A DNA stretch of 64,000 bases from Candidatus Hydrogenedentota bacterium (GCA_034669905.1 JAXMOL010000009.1:32001-96000), one strand, 5' to 3'. Positions 30,198-40,719 are shown, counted from the first letter of the stretch. Numbers and translations: made by a program. The notes: generated by a model from the letters alone, not told the origin.

Positions 30198-30866
30198 TCA
30201 GGAACGGTGTACTTCAACAAGTTTCTGGCGCGTGGCGTCGTCTGCTTCGCCCGTCACCGGTAGTTTCTGGGCTTTTTGAAAGGCGCGGATTCCATCGCGG
30301 TAGGCATCGGTGATTTCGTCATCCAGACTGCCACAGCGGTATCCAATATTCTTCAGGCGCTGCTTCACGCCGAGGACGCGCTCCACGGGCATGGTCTTAC
30401 CCAATTGGAGGACATACATTTTTTCATCCTCCGGAGGGCCTATCCAGAGCTTGCCCGACTTGGCCTTGCAGGGGATGTAGATGTCGACATAGCCCTCGGC
30501 GTCGGTTACGCCCTTCGTCAGTTTGCCATCGATATCGACGCGATAGGATTCATTGGCCCGGGGTTCGCCCTGTTTCATGAGGCGCAAGTGGAGTTTGGCC
30601 GGCACCCCTTTCCGCCGAAAGCGATAGGTTGCGCCCGTAGCTTTCGAAACCGACTTGGGGGTGATGGGCGGGATCGTTACCTTGTCGCCCGGCATCAGGA
30701 CGTTGGGGTCCTTACGCGTATCTTTTAATTCGGCATTGTCGGGGTGATTCCACAAGGTATCCCAGAAATGACCGGAATCTTCCGAAATAGAAGACATGCA
30801 GTCATCATCCTGCACAACATAATCGCCTTTACCCACGGGCTGCGTGGGATCTGTATTCGTTGCCAT
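30198..30866 (-). CDS. LysM-like + transthyretin-like + peptidoglycan-binding domain protein
   Basis: YVVQDDDCMSSI...PNVLMPGDKVTIP; GEPRANESYRV..G...GVTDAEG; GVKQRLKNIGY...IRAFQKAQKLPVTG..D..T. Confidence 0.85.
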   Translation of the reverse strand: MATNTDPTQPVGKGDYVVQDDDCMSSISEDSGHFWDTLWNHPDNAELKDTRKDPNVLMPGDKVTIPPITPKSVSKATGATYRFRRKGVPAKLHLRLMKQGEPRANESYRVDIDGKLTKGVTDAEGYVDIYIPCKAKSGKLWIGPPEDEKMYVLQLGKTMPVERVLGVKQRLKNIGYRCGSLDDEITDAYRDGIRAFQKAQKLPVTGEADDATRQKLVEVHRS

Positions 30867-30945
30867 GTAGCAACCTCTTCTCTGATGGGAAAACGTATCT
30901 AACTGCCAGCTAAACTATACCATGTGTTGACATGGCCTCATGGAA

Positions 30946-32283
30946 TTACGACGTCGCCAGGTCTGTCGTGGCGGGCGTTCCATCCAATTGACGGGTGTTC
31001 AGCACGAGACCACGAATGGCAGGATTGCTGTATTGGTTGGAAGCGAAGGTCTCCACTACATGCCACTTGCCATAGGCGTCCATGACGCGATAACTGATCG
31101 TCTGGTCGGTTTGTAATTCCTTCTGTGCACGGGTGAGGTAGTCCTTGACCCGGATGAGATCATCGGCGTGAATGCCCTCGTAGACACTCTTGCCAATCAA
31201 CTCTTTCTGCGGGATGCCCAGCATGGCCTCCACCGAAGGGGAGAGAAAAATGAAGTGCTCCTCCCGGGATACAATGGCGAGCATATCAAAGGTATGGCGT
31301 AACAGGGCGGCCATACGCTCTTCTGCCAGTTGGGCAGCGTCACTCGCTTCGCCCCGGCGCAAGGTCGCAGACTGGACCCGCGCTTCCTTGATGGCTGCCT
31401 TGAGCGAGGCCTGTTGCTCCGAGATTACGGACTCTTTTTGGGCCGTGCGCCACCGCATCACATAGGTGATCGCGACAAAGGTGAGCACCAGACCCGCCAT
31501 GAGTAGGGCAACGACCCACGCGGATTGATAGCGCTGGGCCTGATAGGCGGAAAGATAGCTATGGGTCAACTGCGCGGCTGCAGCCCGCACGGGGACGGCC
31601 GAGATGCCTTCGAGCGCCTCATCTGAGCGCGCCTTATGGCGCACAACCAGCCCGGCCTGGTGGGTGAACTGCTGCAGAGGCGTCCGAAGCTCACCGGGAG
31701 TTGGAGTCCCGGCCAGCGCCGTGAGTCGGTCCAATTCGTCTTTCAACCCTTCGCGATTGGCCGCGTTAGGTTCATCGAGGAAGAAATACATTCGTTCCAG
31801 CACGTCCGCGATGGCGGAGGAAGACACGGTGGTGCCATCGGGGCTTCGCAACACCGCCTCACCAAGGGCCGGGAGAGAATCCAGACTGGCCCGCATCGTG
31901 GCCCACGATGTCTTGTAGTCCTCCAATCGGCCGAGCTTCTGACGGAGCGCCTTACGCAATTGGGCGAGGGCTTCGTGCAATTTCGGGTCGCCCGCCGTAG
32001 TAGTCGGCAGTTGGGCCAGGGTGTATTCGCGGGAAATCAGGAGCCGTACATCAGCCACCAAAGGATCGAAATGCGTCAACTCGCCCGTTTCCAACTGAAA
32101 AAGATCTTCTGTGAGCTGTCCGTCGATAAGACTGAACTCTAACAGGGCCTCGCCATAGCGCTTGTGGGCGTGCGGATTGGCCGCGTAGACAAAATAGGCA
32201 AGCAGCCCCAGGGTGGACAGGACCAGCGCGACCACCAGATAATCAAATGAGGTGACAGTCTGTTTTCGGGCGGAGGGTTTCAT
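30946..32283 (-). CDS. Membrane sensor: TM, DAHL-like helical periplasmic domain, TM, PAS; no output domain
   Basis: Two TMs flank a helical region (HFDPLV, LEDYKT.....RASL..LP). PAS (FLSPSVEAMLG...IHADD...GKWHVVE) sits at the C-terminus. Confidence 0.75.
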   Translation of the reverse strand: MKPSARKQTVTSFDYLVVALVLSTLGLLAYFVYAANPHAHKRYGEALLEFSLIDGQLTEDLFQLETGELTHFDPLVADVRLLISREYTLAQLPTTTAGDPKLHEALAQLRKALRQKLGRLEDYKTSWATMRASLDSLPALGEAVLRSPDGTTVSSSAIADVLERMYFFLDEPNAANREGLKDELDRLTALAGTPTPGELRTPLQQFTHQAGLVVRHKARSDEALEGISAVPVRAAAAQLTHSYLSAYQAQRYQSAWVVALLMAGLVLTFVAITYVMRWRTAQKESVISEQQASLKAAIKEARVQSATLRRGEASDAAQLAEERMAALLRHTFDMLAIVSREEHFIFLSPSVEAMLGIPQKELIGKSVYEGIHADDLIRVKDYLTRAQKELQTDQTISYRVMDAYGKWHVVETFASNQYSNPAIRGLVLNTRQLDGTPATTDLATS

Positions 32284-33281
32284 TCGGTACCACCAATCAG
32301 CGCGCCATCGCGCCAGCCCGTAAGCGACTCAAGGAAGGTGACAATTTGATTGGTCTCACTCCGTGGAAGGGTGCGACCGAGCTGATACTGGGCCATGATT
32401 TCTACCGCATCAGACAGTTTCTCCACCGACCCGTCGTGAAAATAGGGCCCCGTGACGGCCACGTTGCGAAGGCTGGGCACCTTGAATTGATACTGATGTC
32501 CTTCATCGCGCGTTACGTTGTAGCGTCCCAGATCCGTGGTGCGCGGCGTTCCCCGAGCAACCAGGTATTCCTCGAAAGAGGCATACATGTTGCCACCAAC
32601 GCCACGCCCCTGATGACATCGGACACAGCCATAGTCTACAAAGAGCCGATATCCCGCCAGGGCGCCTTCCGACAGGTTTTCGCCGTTCAGCCAGCGATCG
32701 AAGGCGGCGTTGGGCGTCACGAGGGAGCGTACAAACGTGGCCAATGCGGTTTCCGTATTGGCATTGTCGATTTCGCCATTCGGAAATGCCGCCGCGTAGA
32801 GCGCGGGATAGTCCGAGTCCGCGGCGATGCGGGGTGCAATCAGCGACCACGAAGAGTCCATCGTGCTCTCGGCCTCGATGGAGGCCCGGACGACGGCCTC
32901 CAGGCTGGCGGCCCGACCGTTCCAGAAATAGGCAAAATGGTCGCCGGTATTGAAGATGGTCGGAATATTGTAGAACGCCGCCGTGTCTGCTTCCGGGAGC
33001 CGGGAGCGTTCCATCCCTGCCCGGTCCAAGGGATGGCAGGTCGCACACGAAACACGCTGGGAAGCAGAGAGGCGATTGTCGTGAAAGAGAGTTTCGCCCA
33101 GCTTGACCACCGCCTGTGGCAGATCTACCTCCGACACAATGGCCGTGATCGGCTCAGCGCTCTTTGCGTGGCGGGGGGGGATAGTCAGCCCGTCCGGCGT
33201 CGCTCCATCTTCCGACGGCAGGCGGCTACACTGGCACAAACAGGTGGTGATTACAATGGCAAATAGGAGTTGTCGTGTCAT
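32280..33281 (-). CDS. Di-heme cytochrome c peroxidase/MauG-family protein
   Basis: LGETLFHDNRLS..VSCATCH, CVRCH and FKVPSLRNVAVTGPYFHDGS; ATGA overlap with the sensor gene. The ORF track start is 33344. Confidence 0.9.
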   Translation of the reverse strand: MTRQLLFAIVITTCLCQCSRLPSEDGATPDGLTIPPRHAKSAEPITAIVSEVDLPQAVVKLGETLFHDNRLSASQRVSCATCHPLDRAGMERSRLPEADTAAFYNIPTIFNTGDHFAYFWNGRAASLEAVVRASIEAESTMDSSWSLIAPRIAADSDYPALYAAAFPNGEIDNANTETALATFVRSLVTPNAAFDRWLNGENLSEGALAGYRLFVDYGCVRCHQGRGVGGNMYASFEEYLVARGTPRTTDLGRYNVTRDEGHQYQFKVPSLRNVAVTGPYFHDGSVEKLSDAVEIMAQYQLGRTLPRSETNQIVTFLESLTGWRDGALIGGTE

Positions 33282-33495
33282 GGCAATCCGTTTGAGTCCC
33301 TCACATGCGACCTGCTGAATATCGCAGTGCTCCGTTCTGGGCACACATTTCCTCCACGTGGGGTGGAGTGGGGGCAGGCCTACCGATCAGTTACCCACAC
33401 CCTGGAACTAAGATACATGGTTGCCCCTTCAATTGCAACGCCCGAAGGCGAGGATTTTACCCGCGTAAATTCGGTGGTAGTCGTGATATACACGG

Positions 33496-33523
33496 TTGAC
33501 AACAGACGTGAGTACATTATAAG
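33496..33523 (+). promoter_or_regulatory. Possible sigma70 promoter upstream of the PKD gene
   Basis: TTGACA-16 bp-TATAAG. Confidence 0.35.
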
Positions 33524-33726
33524 GTTCCAGTAACTTAGTGGGTCGCGATTCGTCCTCGCGTGTGGGAATGCCGTCTTGGTTTGTGCGGTAGCATTTTCAC
33601 CGCCGTCTGTCGTCGTACTCCTCCCGTTATGCCCGAAGTCTCTCTGATTGTGGCACGCGGGATTCTGGTTTTTTGGTACGTTGACGCAGACGCGTGGCGA
33701 TGCCCTGAATTCCGAAAGGAAACCTG

Positions 33727-36700
33727 ATGCGCGAGAAGCTGTTCGCAGGTCTGTCCTGCATGGCACTGTCGGTGTTGTTGATGGGATGCCCTCTCTTCGA
33801 AGGGCCGGAGGCGGCGTTCACCGCCACCCCAACCGAAGGCAATGTGCCATTAACGGTCCTCTTTGTCGACCAGTCCCAACCGGGCTCCACTGATCTGACC
33901 GATTGGCTCTGGGATTTTGGGGACGGACTCAACAGCAGCGCACAGAATCCCAGCCACGTCTACAGTGCGCCCGGCGTCTATCGTGTGACGCTGACCGTTA
34001 CCAGCCGACTGGGCAACGATACCGAAACCAAAGTGGATTATATTACGGTCCGGGCCCTGCCCAAGGCGGATTTCTCCGCCTCTCCGCGCACCGGTGAAGG
34101 CCCCCTCCAAGTGACCTTTACCGATACCTCCACCCAGGGTGCGGCTCCCATTACACTTTATGAATGGGACTTCGGTGATGGCACGACCAGCGAAGATGTC
34201 AATCCCGTGCACGTCTATGAAGACCCGGGTGTGTATACCGTCAAATTAAAGGTAACCACGTCGGTCGGAGAGAACCTCACCACCAAGGCCAACTTCATTA
34301 CCGTACAGCAGCGTCCCGTTGCGTCGTTCACGGCATCGCCCACGGCCGGCTCCACGCCGCTGACCGTGCAGTTTACCGATACCTCCGACGCGGGTTCATC
34401 GCCCATCACTTCCTGGTTCTGGACCTTCGGCGATGGCACGTCCGATACCCGCCAGAATCCAACCCACGTCTATACCAAGGCGGGCACCTATTCGGTGTCC
34501 TTGAGTGTCACGACCGAAGTCGGCGTGAGTCCTATCGTGACCGAGACCGACTTTATTGAAGTGGAAGAGTTGCCCGTCGCCGATTTCTCCGCCTCGCCGA
34601 CAACAGGGGCGGCCCCCTTGAATGTAAACTTTACCGACCTCTCGACGGGAGGCTCCGACTCGATTGTGGAGTGGCTCTGGGATTTCGGGGACAGCACGAG
34701 CAGCACCTTGCCCAGCCCGAGTCACCGCTATGCGAGCGACGGCGTCTATGACGTATCGCTCACGGTGACCACGTCGAGCGGCAACACCAATACCCGCACC
34801 AAAGCGAACTTTATCACCGCACAGCAGTCACCGGACGCCGCCTTCAGCGCCACCCCACGAAATGGGGAAGCGCCCCTGACGGTACAGTTCACCGATTTAA
34901 GTGACCCCGGTTCCGCGCCGATTACGAGCTGGCAGTGGGATTTCGGCGATGGCTCCACGAGCAGCGATTCCAATCCATTCCACGCCTACACCCGCGCCGG
35001 TCGTTACACAGTCACCCTGGGGGTATCCACCGCGGTGGGCAGTGACACGGCCACCCAGGTCAATTACATCGAAGTGGAAGAAATGCCCACGGCGGCGTTC
35101 AATGCGACTCCCACCAGCGGCGCCGCGCCCCTCACCGTACTCTTTGCAGACCAGAGTACGCCCGGCTCCTCAGAGATTACCGATTGGGCCTGGGACTTTG
35201 GCGACGGCACCAGCAGTACCCAGCAGAATCCCTCCAAGACCTATAGTCAGGCCGGAGTTTACACCGTAAAACTCACCGTGACCTCTGCCGCGGGAAGCGA
35301 TGTTATTACCAAGGCGAACCACATCACCGTGCGCCAGTTGCCCGTAGCCGATTTTTCGACCAATGTTACTACCGGTGCCGCGCCCCTCACGGTGCTTTTC
35401 AGTGACGAAAGTACGGCCGGCAGTGAGGCGCTCTCCAGCTGGCAATGGGACTTCGGCGACGGTACCACCCCGAGCTCCCTGCAGAACCCGAGTCATGTGT
35501 ATTCGGCGCCCGGTATTTACACGATATCGCTCACGGCAGCTTCCAGTGTGGGCAGTGATTCCGAGACGAAACAGAACTATCTCACCGTGCGACCCGCCGT
35601 CAACTTCACCGGTTCTCCCACGACTGGAACCGGTAGCCTTTCGGTTTCCTTCACGGATACGACGTCTCTGGGCCAGCTCGACGTGACCTCCCGCACCTGG
35701 GATTTCGGCGACGGAAGCGCCACGAGCAACGAAGCAAGCCCTGTCAAGATCTATAATGCGCCGGGTGTCTATGACGTCACCCTTTCCATGACGACAACCC
35801 TGGATGGTCAGACCGATGCGCGTACCCGTGCGGGCTATGTCATCGTGCGGCCTGAACCCTCCTTTACGGGGGATACGTTGAGTGGTGACGGTACCTTACA
35901 GGTCAACTTTACCGATACCACCAATCTGGGGAACCTGGAAACCATCGGGGTGCTGTGGGACTTCGGCGATGGCACCACGAGCCAGACGGCCAATCCATCC
36001 CACACCTATGCCGAGCCCGGCACCTATTCCGTGCAGCTTACCGTAACGACGGCGGCAGGAAGCCAGACCACAACGCGGACGGGCTATGTCACCGTGCGCC
36101 CCGTGCCGTCCTTTTCCGCCAGCCTGACCACCGGTGGCGCACCCCAGACCATTACCTTCACGGATACCACCGACGTGGGTTCGCTTACCGTGACCGGCCG
36201 TCTGTGGAACTTCGGCGATGGCACGACCAGCGAGTCCACCAACCCGATTCACGCCTATAATACGCCCGGTAACTACGATGTGACGCTAACCCTGACGACC
36301 GCCCAGGGCGCCGTCCAGACCTTGCGTGACGACTATATTCAGATCAGCCCCACCGTGGCCTACACCGTCGATACGGCATCGGGTTCCGCACCGTTGACCG
36401 TCCAGTTTACGGACGCGACCAACGCGGGTTCCCTTACGATTTCCGGCTATTCCTGGGACTTCGGTGACGGCACCGATCCGAGCACCGATACCAACCCCTC
36501 CCACACCTACGCCGCCGCCGGGACCTACGATGTAAGTCTGACGGTCACGACGGAGCAGGGCAACAAGACGTTGACGGATGAAGATGCCATTACGGTAACG
36601 GCAAAGTCTCTTGCCCCTGCTGCCGGTGCTGAGACGGCTTTCCCCGTGTTGCTCCTCGACACGACCGACTTCGGTACCCTGGTGGTGCGGAACAGCACTT

Positions 36701-37770
36701 GGGAGGATGGGACGGCGTCGGCCAGTGCATTGCTGGCAACCGATTCTGGCGGTTTTGCCGTAGTCGGTTCGATCACGCAGGAAGGCGACGACGCGGATGT
36801 GGCACTCGTATTGACGGACTCGGACGGTACCGTCTTGGACGGATGGCCCCGTTACTACGGAAATACCCTCACACAGCGGGCCGCAGACATCGTCGCCACC
36901 GAGACGGGGGGCTACCTCATCGTGGGTGAAACGGAAACCGGAACGGACCTCGGGGTGGATGCCTATCTGCTCAATCTGGATGCCTCGGGTGCGGTGATCT
37001 GGGAACGCCATTTCGGCGGTGCGGGTGCTGACCGCCTCCACGCGGTGGCGGCCCTGGACAATGGCCGTTTTGCCGTCGTAGGGCAGAGTGACTCGGAGGG
37101 TACCCATGGTGGAGATGATGTCTATGTCGCCACCATCGACGCCCGAGGCAAGCGGACCGGTGTGGTCTGGCTGGGTGGCGCTGGCGATGAAGCGGGTTAT
37201 GACATCGTGAAGTCAGCCGACGGCAATCTGATTGTGGTCGGTGACACGGCTACCTTTGGTGCCAATCCCGTCGACGCCTATCTGGTTAAATTGAGTCAGG
37301 ATCTGGAAACCCTCGCCAGCGTGACCGTGGGTGGAATGGGCCACGATCAGGCCCGTGCCGCTGCCGAGTTGGCCGATGGCAGTATCGTAGTGGTAGGAGC
37401 GACAACTTCGATGGGCGCAGGTGCTTTCGATGCCTATGCCTTCAGCGTGGATGGCGCCCTGAACCTCGTTTTGTGGGAACATGCTTATGGTAAGGCCGGA
37501 GACGATTTCGCCACCGCGGTGACTGCCGACAGCGACGGCGGTGTGCTGATTACGGGTAGTACCGATTCCGGGCCGGAAACGGGCCACGATGTACTCGTTC
37601 TCAAGACCGATTCGACAGGCGTCGCCCTGGTTGATGCGGCCCTTGGGGGTGTTGAGCAGGAAGCCGGCCACGCTATCATTGAAACCTCGGATGGCAGCCT
37701 GGGCATTGCGGGTCTTCGTAGCCCTTCAACCATCAATGAAAAGGTCACGGCCCCGGAAACGACCCCCTGA
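33727..37770 (+). CDS. Lipoprotein with 11 PKD domains and a C-terminal beta-propeller-like region
   Basis: Lipobox LLMG-C; 11 W(D/T/N)FGD motifs; GGYLIVGET/DAYLL..D..G...W repeats. Confidence 0.92.
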   Translation: MREKLFAGLSCMALSVLLMGCPLFEGPEAAFTATPTEGNVPLTVLFVDQSQPGSTDLTDWLWDFGDGLNSSAQNPSHVYSAPGVYRVTLTVTSRLGNDTETKVDYITVRALPKADFSASPRTGEGPLQVTFTDTSTQGAAPITLYEWDFGDGTTSEDVNPVHVYEDPGVYTVKLKVTTSVGENLTTKANFITVQQRPVASFTASPTAGSTPLTVQFTDTSDAGSSPITSWFWTFGDGTSDTRQNPTHVYTKAGTYSVSLSVTTEVGVSPIVTETDFIEVEELPVADFSASPTTGAAPLNVNFTDLSTGGSDSIVEWLWDFGDSTSSTLPSPSHRYASDGVYDVSLTVTTSSGNTNTRTKANFITAQQSPDAAFSATPRNGEAPLTVQFTDLSDPGSAPITSWQWDFGDGSTSSDSNPFHAYTRAGRYTVTLGVSTAVGSDTATQVNYIEVEEMPTAAFNATPTSGAAPLTVLFADQSTPGSSEITDWAWDFGDGTSSTQQNPSKTYSQAGVYTVKLTVTSAAGSDVITKANHITVRQLPVADFSTNVTTGAAPLTVLFSDESTAGSEALSSWQWDFGDGTTPSSLQNPSHVYSAPGIYTISLTAASSVGSDSETKQNYLTVRPAVNFTGSPTTGTGSLSVSFTDTTSLGQLDVTSRTWDFGDGSATSNEASPVKIYNAPGVYDVTLSMTTTLDGQTDARTRAGYVIVRPEPSFTGDTLSGDGTLQVNFTDTTNLGNLETIGVLWDFGDGTTSQTANPSHTYAEPGTYSVQLTVTTAAGSQTTTRTGYVTVRPVPSFSASLTTGGAPQTITFTDTTDVGSLTVTGRLWNFGDGTTSESTNPIHAYNTPGNYDVTLTLTTAQGAVQTLRDDYIQISPTVAYTVDTASGSAPLTVQFTDATNAGSLTISGYSWDFGDGTDPSTDTNPSHTYAAAGTYDVSLTVTTEQGNKTLTDEDAITVTAKSLAPAAGAETAFPVLLLDTTDFGTLVVRNSTWEDGTASASALLATDSGGFAVVGSITQEGDDADVALVLTDSDGTVLDGWPRYYGNTLTQRAADIVATETGGYLIVGETETGTDLGVDAYLLNLDASGAVIWERHFGGAGADRLHAVAALDNGRFAVVGQSDSEGTHGGDDVYVATIDARGKRTGVVWLGGAGDEAGYDIVKSADGNLIVVGDTATFGANPVDAYLVKLSQDLETLASVTVGGMGHDQARAAAELADGSIVVVGATTSMGAGAFDAYAFSVDGALNLVLWEHAYGKAGDDFATAVTADSDGGVLITGSTDSGPETGHDVLVLKTDSTGVALVDAALGGVEQEAGHAIIETSDGSLGIAGLRSPSTINEKVTAPETTP

Positions 37771-37830
37771 GGATCTCCAACGGACCCGGCACGATAATTA
37801 TTCCGGGGTGGAAACGACAACGAACAAGAG

Positions 37831-39474
37831 ATGAGTAGACCGTCGATGAAACTTACGCGATTGCTCCTGACGATGTGTTTCATGCTGCCATGCGGTTGGG
37901 GTGCCTTTTCAGCGTTCGCGGCCACGGCTCCGGGCCATATCGAGGTCCGTTCCGAGGCCGACCTCAAGGTTTTCCTGGACAACAAGTTTGTCGGCGTCTC
38001 CACGGAGCACGGTCTCTTTCTTCGGGACGTGCCCGTTGGCCCCCACGTCGTGCGCGTAGAGAAAGAAGGATATCACCCTCAGAACAGTGACACCTTTATG
38101 CTGGAGGCCGACCAGGTTTACCTCTATGAAGTCCTCAAGATGGAAGCCCTCCTCGAACCGGAAGAAGATCTGAACGAAGAAATGTCCCACGGTACGGGCA
38201 GTCTTGTCCTCCAGACGATTCCCGTGGAATGCCTTATCACCCTCTTCGGAATCGGTCTCACCGGGAACGACGAGGAGATCGTGAAGACCGAAGACCGATG
38301 GACCTCCAACGGAGTGCGCACGGGGCGCTATCTGGCCACCTTCTCTGCCATGGGGGTGGAGCACAAAGAGGTCATCACCATCATGCCCAACCGAACCACC
38401 CATATCATGGTGGACATCGAACGGGGTGAGATGACAGACATTGGCCTGCGGACCATCCGTGAATATCAGACCCAGGGGTGGCGGGAAAAAGCGGAGGCGG
38501 AGCGCCAGGCCGCCCGTCAGGAAAACATGGCCCTGCTTCGGGCCAAGGCCGACGAGACCCTCCAGCGCGTCGATTTGCAACAGCGGGGTCTGGAATTATT
38601 GCTGCACCAGGGAGAGAAGCAGTTTGATGCCGGGCAGTATACCCGTTGTCTCTACACGATGCTGCAGGCCCTCTATCTGGATCCTAAGAATGAAATTGCC
38701 CGTTACTATTATCAGCAGGCCCACACCCGCCAGGGTGCGCAAGATCGGGCGGTCAAACTCGCCGGTGAGTACCGGGAGTTTGTTTTTGGCCAGGATGGCG
38801 ACATGGGATTCGAGTTGACGAATGAGCAGGGGGCCTGGAAACTACGGGTTTTCTCGGGACCCAAAGACCTCGAAGTCGTCGACGCTTCGGTGCACGATTT
38901 CACGCTGAAGTTTACCCGCCGCTATACGCTCTCGGCCACCCAGATGTTTTCCCGCAAGAAGGGCAGCATCATTCCGAAATTTCACGCCAATAAAGACAGC
39001 AAATTCGCCTACGAAGACTACGAGCTTACCCTTGACGGAAAAGACGCCCAGGGAAGGCGGCGCTGGCGCCATGCGCGACCCAAAATCAATGGCGTGCCCA
39101 CCGATGAGTGGTTTCCTATTACCTTTGTGAAGAAGGGGAGCGATCAGCTTCCGACTGGTGAACTGGGTATCTTTCATGAGGACGTGGCCCAGGTCGCACA
39201 AATCGAGGGGGACCTCTCCGAGGCGGACCTGCGCGCACGAAAGGGATGGCCGGATCAGTTTGGGGCCGTGGTGCTCTCGTGTTACAAAGACACCCCGGCA
39301 CAAGAGGCGGGTTTACTTCAGGGGGACTTCATCTACAAATTTGATGGGGCCGATGTGCTCAACAGCCAGGACCTGGAGCGACTCATCAAAACCAATCCCT
39401 TCGAGACGGTCGTGCTGAGCGTCTACCGCAACGGAGAACGCAAGCAGTTTCGCGTTACCCTCAAGGGAGTGTGA
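37831..39474 (+). CDS. Secreted PEGA-like / TPR-like / PDZ domain protein
   Basis: Signal peptide; VFLDNKFVG...GPHVVRVEKEGY (PEGA-like); ALYLDPKN..A (TPR-like); TPAQEAGLLQGDFI..FDG (PDZ). Confidence 0.75.
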   Translation: MSRPSMKLTRLLLTMCFMLPCGWGAFSAFAATAPGHIEVRSEADLKVFLDNKFVGVSTEHGLFLRDVPVGPHVVRVEKEGYHPQNSDTFMLEADQVYLYEVLKMEALLEPEEDLNEEMSHGTGSLVLQTIPVECLITLFGIGLTGNDEEIVKTEDRWTSNGVRTGRYLATFSAMGVEHKEVITIMPNRTTHIMVDIERGEMTDIGLRTIREYQTQGWREKAEAERQAARQENMALLRAKADETLQRVDLQQRGLELLLHQGEKQFDAGQYTRCLYTMLQALYLDPKNEIARYYYQQAHTRQGAQDRAVKLAGEYREFVFGQDGDMGFELTNEQGAWKLRVFSGPKDLEVVDASVHDFTLKFTRRYTLSATQMFSRKKGSIIPKFHANKDSKFAYEDYELTLDGKDAQGRRRWRHARPKINGVPTDEWFPITFVKKGSDQLPTGELGIFHEDVAQVAQIEGDLSEADLRARKGWPDQFGAVVLSCYKDTPAQEAGLLQGDFIYKFDGADVLNSQDLERLIKTNPFETVVLSVYRNGERKQFRVTLKGV

Positions 39475-39481
39475 TTCCCTG

Positions 39482-39495
39482 ACGGGGCGCCCCGT
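39482..39495. terminator. Palindrome between convergent genes, possible terminator
   Basis: ACGGGGCGCCCCGT perfect palindrome in a 20-bp gap. Confidence 0.3.
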
Positions 39496-40616
39496 TACGG
39501 GCGGAAAACGTTCCGTTCAGGCGGCGGGGGCGACGGGGGATCGGGCGTAAAGGCATCGCAGCGCTCTACATGCCATTTGAGCGAAAACCGGGTGCCAGTC
39601 TCCACCAGGCCCGCTCGTACCGCGGCTTCCAGGGGACCCGGCGCACCTTCCGCGCGAATATTGACGACCAGGGTTCCCCGGAGAAGTTCTTCGGAGAGGC
39701 GGTCGGTAATCATCGGTTCGGCGTCATTTCGCGTAGTATGGAGGGCTGCCTCGTCTCCCGATGTCGCTATCAGCCGCATTTTGAAATGGGCAATTTCTAC
39801 GGCAGACCCAATGAGGGCCGCCCGAACCTGATCGGCCAACGTCGCCAGGGCCCCATTGCCGTCCCATGGCTGCGTGGCCTCCAGCGCAATTCGGGCGTTC
39901 AGCCAGCCCAACGCGATTTCCCCCTCGGTGTACTGCTCATAGTCCACCCGCGCCGGGTTTACACCCGCTTCGACCTGCGCATCCAGAAGGGGCATCAATT
40001 CTTCAAAGCCTTCACCCGTGCGGGCGGAAACAAACACGCAGGTGGCCGAAGGAAAGTTCTGGGCGACCAGTGCTCCAACAGACTTCCGGGCCGCTCCATC
40101 CAGGGTGTCGGATTTGTTGACCGCGATGATATCAGCTTCATTCTGCTGCATCTTGAACAGGTAGGTAACCTTCTTGGAAAAGCCCAGGGGGCCACGGGCG
40201 TCCAGGGCTTCCTGCGCCCGAAGGGGGTCTAGCAGGGCGGCGTAGGGCGCCACATCAAAACGATCCCGATACAGGTTTTTCAGGGGTGTTATGACCGCGT
40301 TCACCAAATCGGTACAACTGCCCACCGGTTCCGCGAGGATGATATCGGGTTCCAGCCCATCTGCGAGGCGGCCGGAAGCTTCCAGTAACTTTTCAAAATG
40401 GCAGCAGAAACAGCCCGCAGGGATCTCTTCCGTATTATATCCGGCGGCCCGGAAAGTCAGTGTGTCGACCAATCCTTCTGCCTGATCATTGGTGATAATC
40501 CCCACCCGTTGGCCTCGCTCGGTGAATGTTCGCGCAAGGCGGAGCAGTGCCGTGGTCTTGCCCGCGCCGAGAAATCCCCCGAGCATGATGAAGCGGATAG
40601 GATGGGGCGAGGTCAT
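39495..40616 (-). CDS. CobW/COG0523-like G3E P-loop GTPase (metallochaperone)
   Basis: GGFLGAGKTT, GCFCC, EPVGS and NKSD motifs. Confidence 0.88.
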   Translation of the reverse strand: MTSPHPIRFIMLGGFLGAGKTTALLRLARTFTERGQRVGIITNDQAEGLVDTLTFRAAGYNTEEIPAGCFCCHFEKLLEASGRLADGLEPDIILAEPVGSCTDLVNAVITPLKNLYRDRFDVAPYAALLDPLRAQEALDARGPLGFSKKVTYLFKMQQNEADIIAVNKSDTLDGAARKSVGALVAQNFPSATCVFVSARTGEGFEELMPLLDAQVEAGVNPARVDYEQYTEGEIALGWLNARIALEATQPWDGNGALATLADQVRAALIGSAVEIAHFKMRLIATSGDEAALHTTRNDAEPMITDRLSEELLRGTLVVNIRAEGAPGPLEAAVRAGLVETGTRFSLKWHVERCDAFTPDPPSPPPPERNVFRP

Positions 40617-40658
40617 GGGTTCGAATTCCTGAGTTACGATTGGATGGGGTTGCGTGGC

Positions 40659-40687
40659 TTGTCCCGATTAACCAGAGTCAGTATACT
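40659..40687 (+). promoter_or_regulatory. Putative sigma70 promoter of the PAAR-like gene
   Basis: TTGTCC-17 bp-TATACT, followed by an AAGGAG RBS. Confidence 0.5.
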
Positions 40688-40719
40688 AATCTAAACCGTT
40701 CAATAGAAGGAGTCGAGAG

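Noticed and set aside
33173..33180. G8 run in the peroxidase gene as a phase-variation site
   Set aside because: The frame is intact from the signal peptide to both heme motifs, with no sign of an alternative product.
33900..36600. Regularly recurring TGGGA(C/T)TTCGGCGA motif as a CRISPR-like array
   Set aside because: It encodes the WDFGD motif of PKD domains at about 250-bp spacing; no cas genes were seen.
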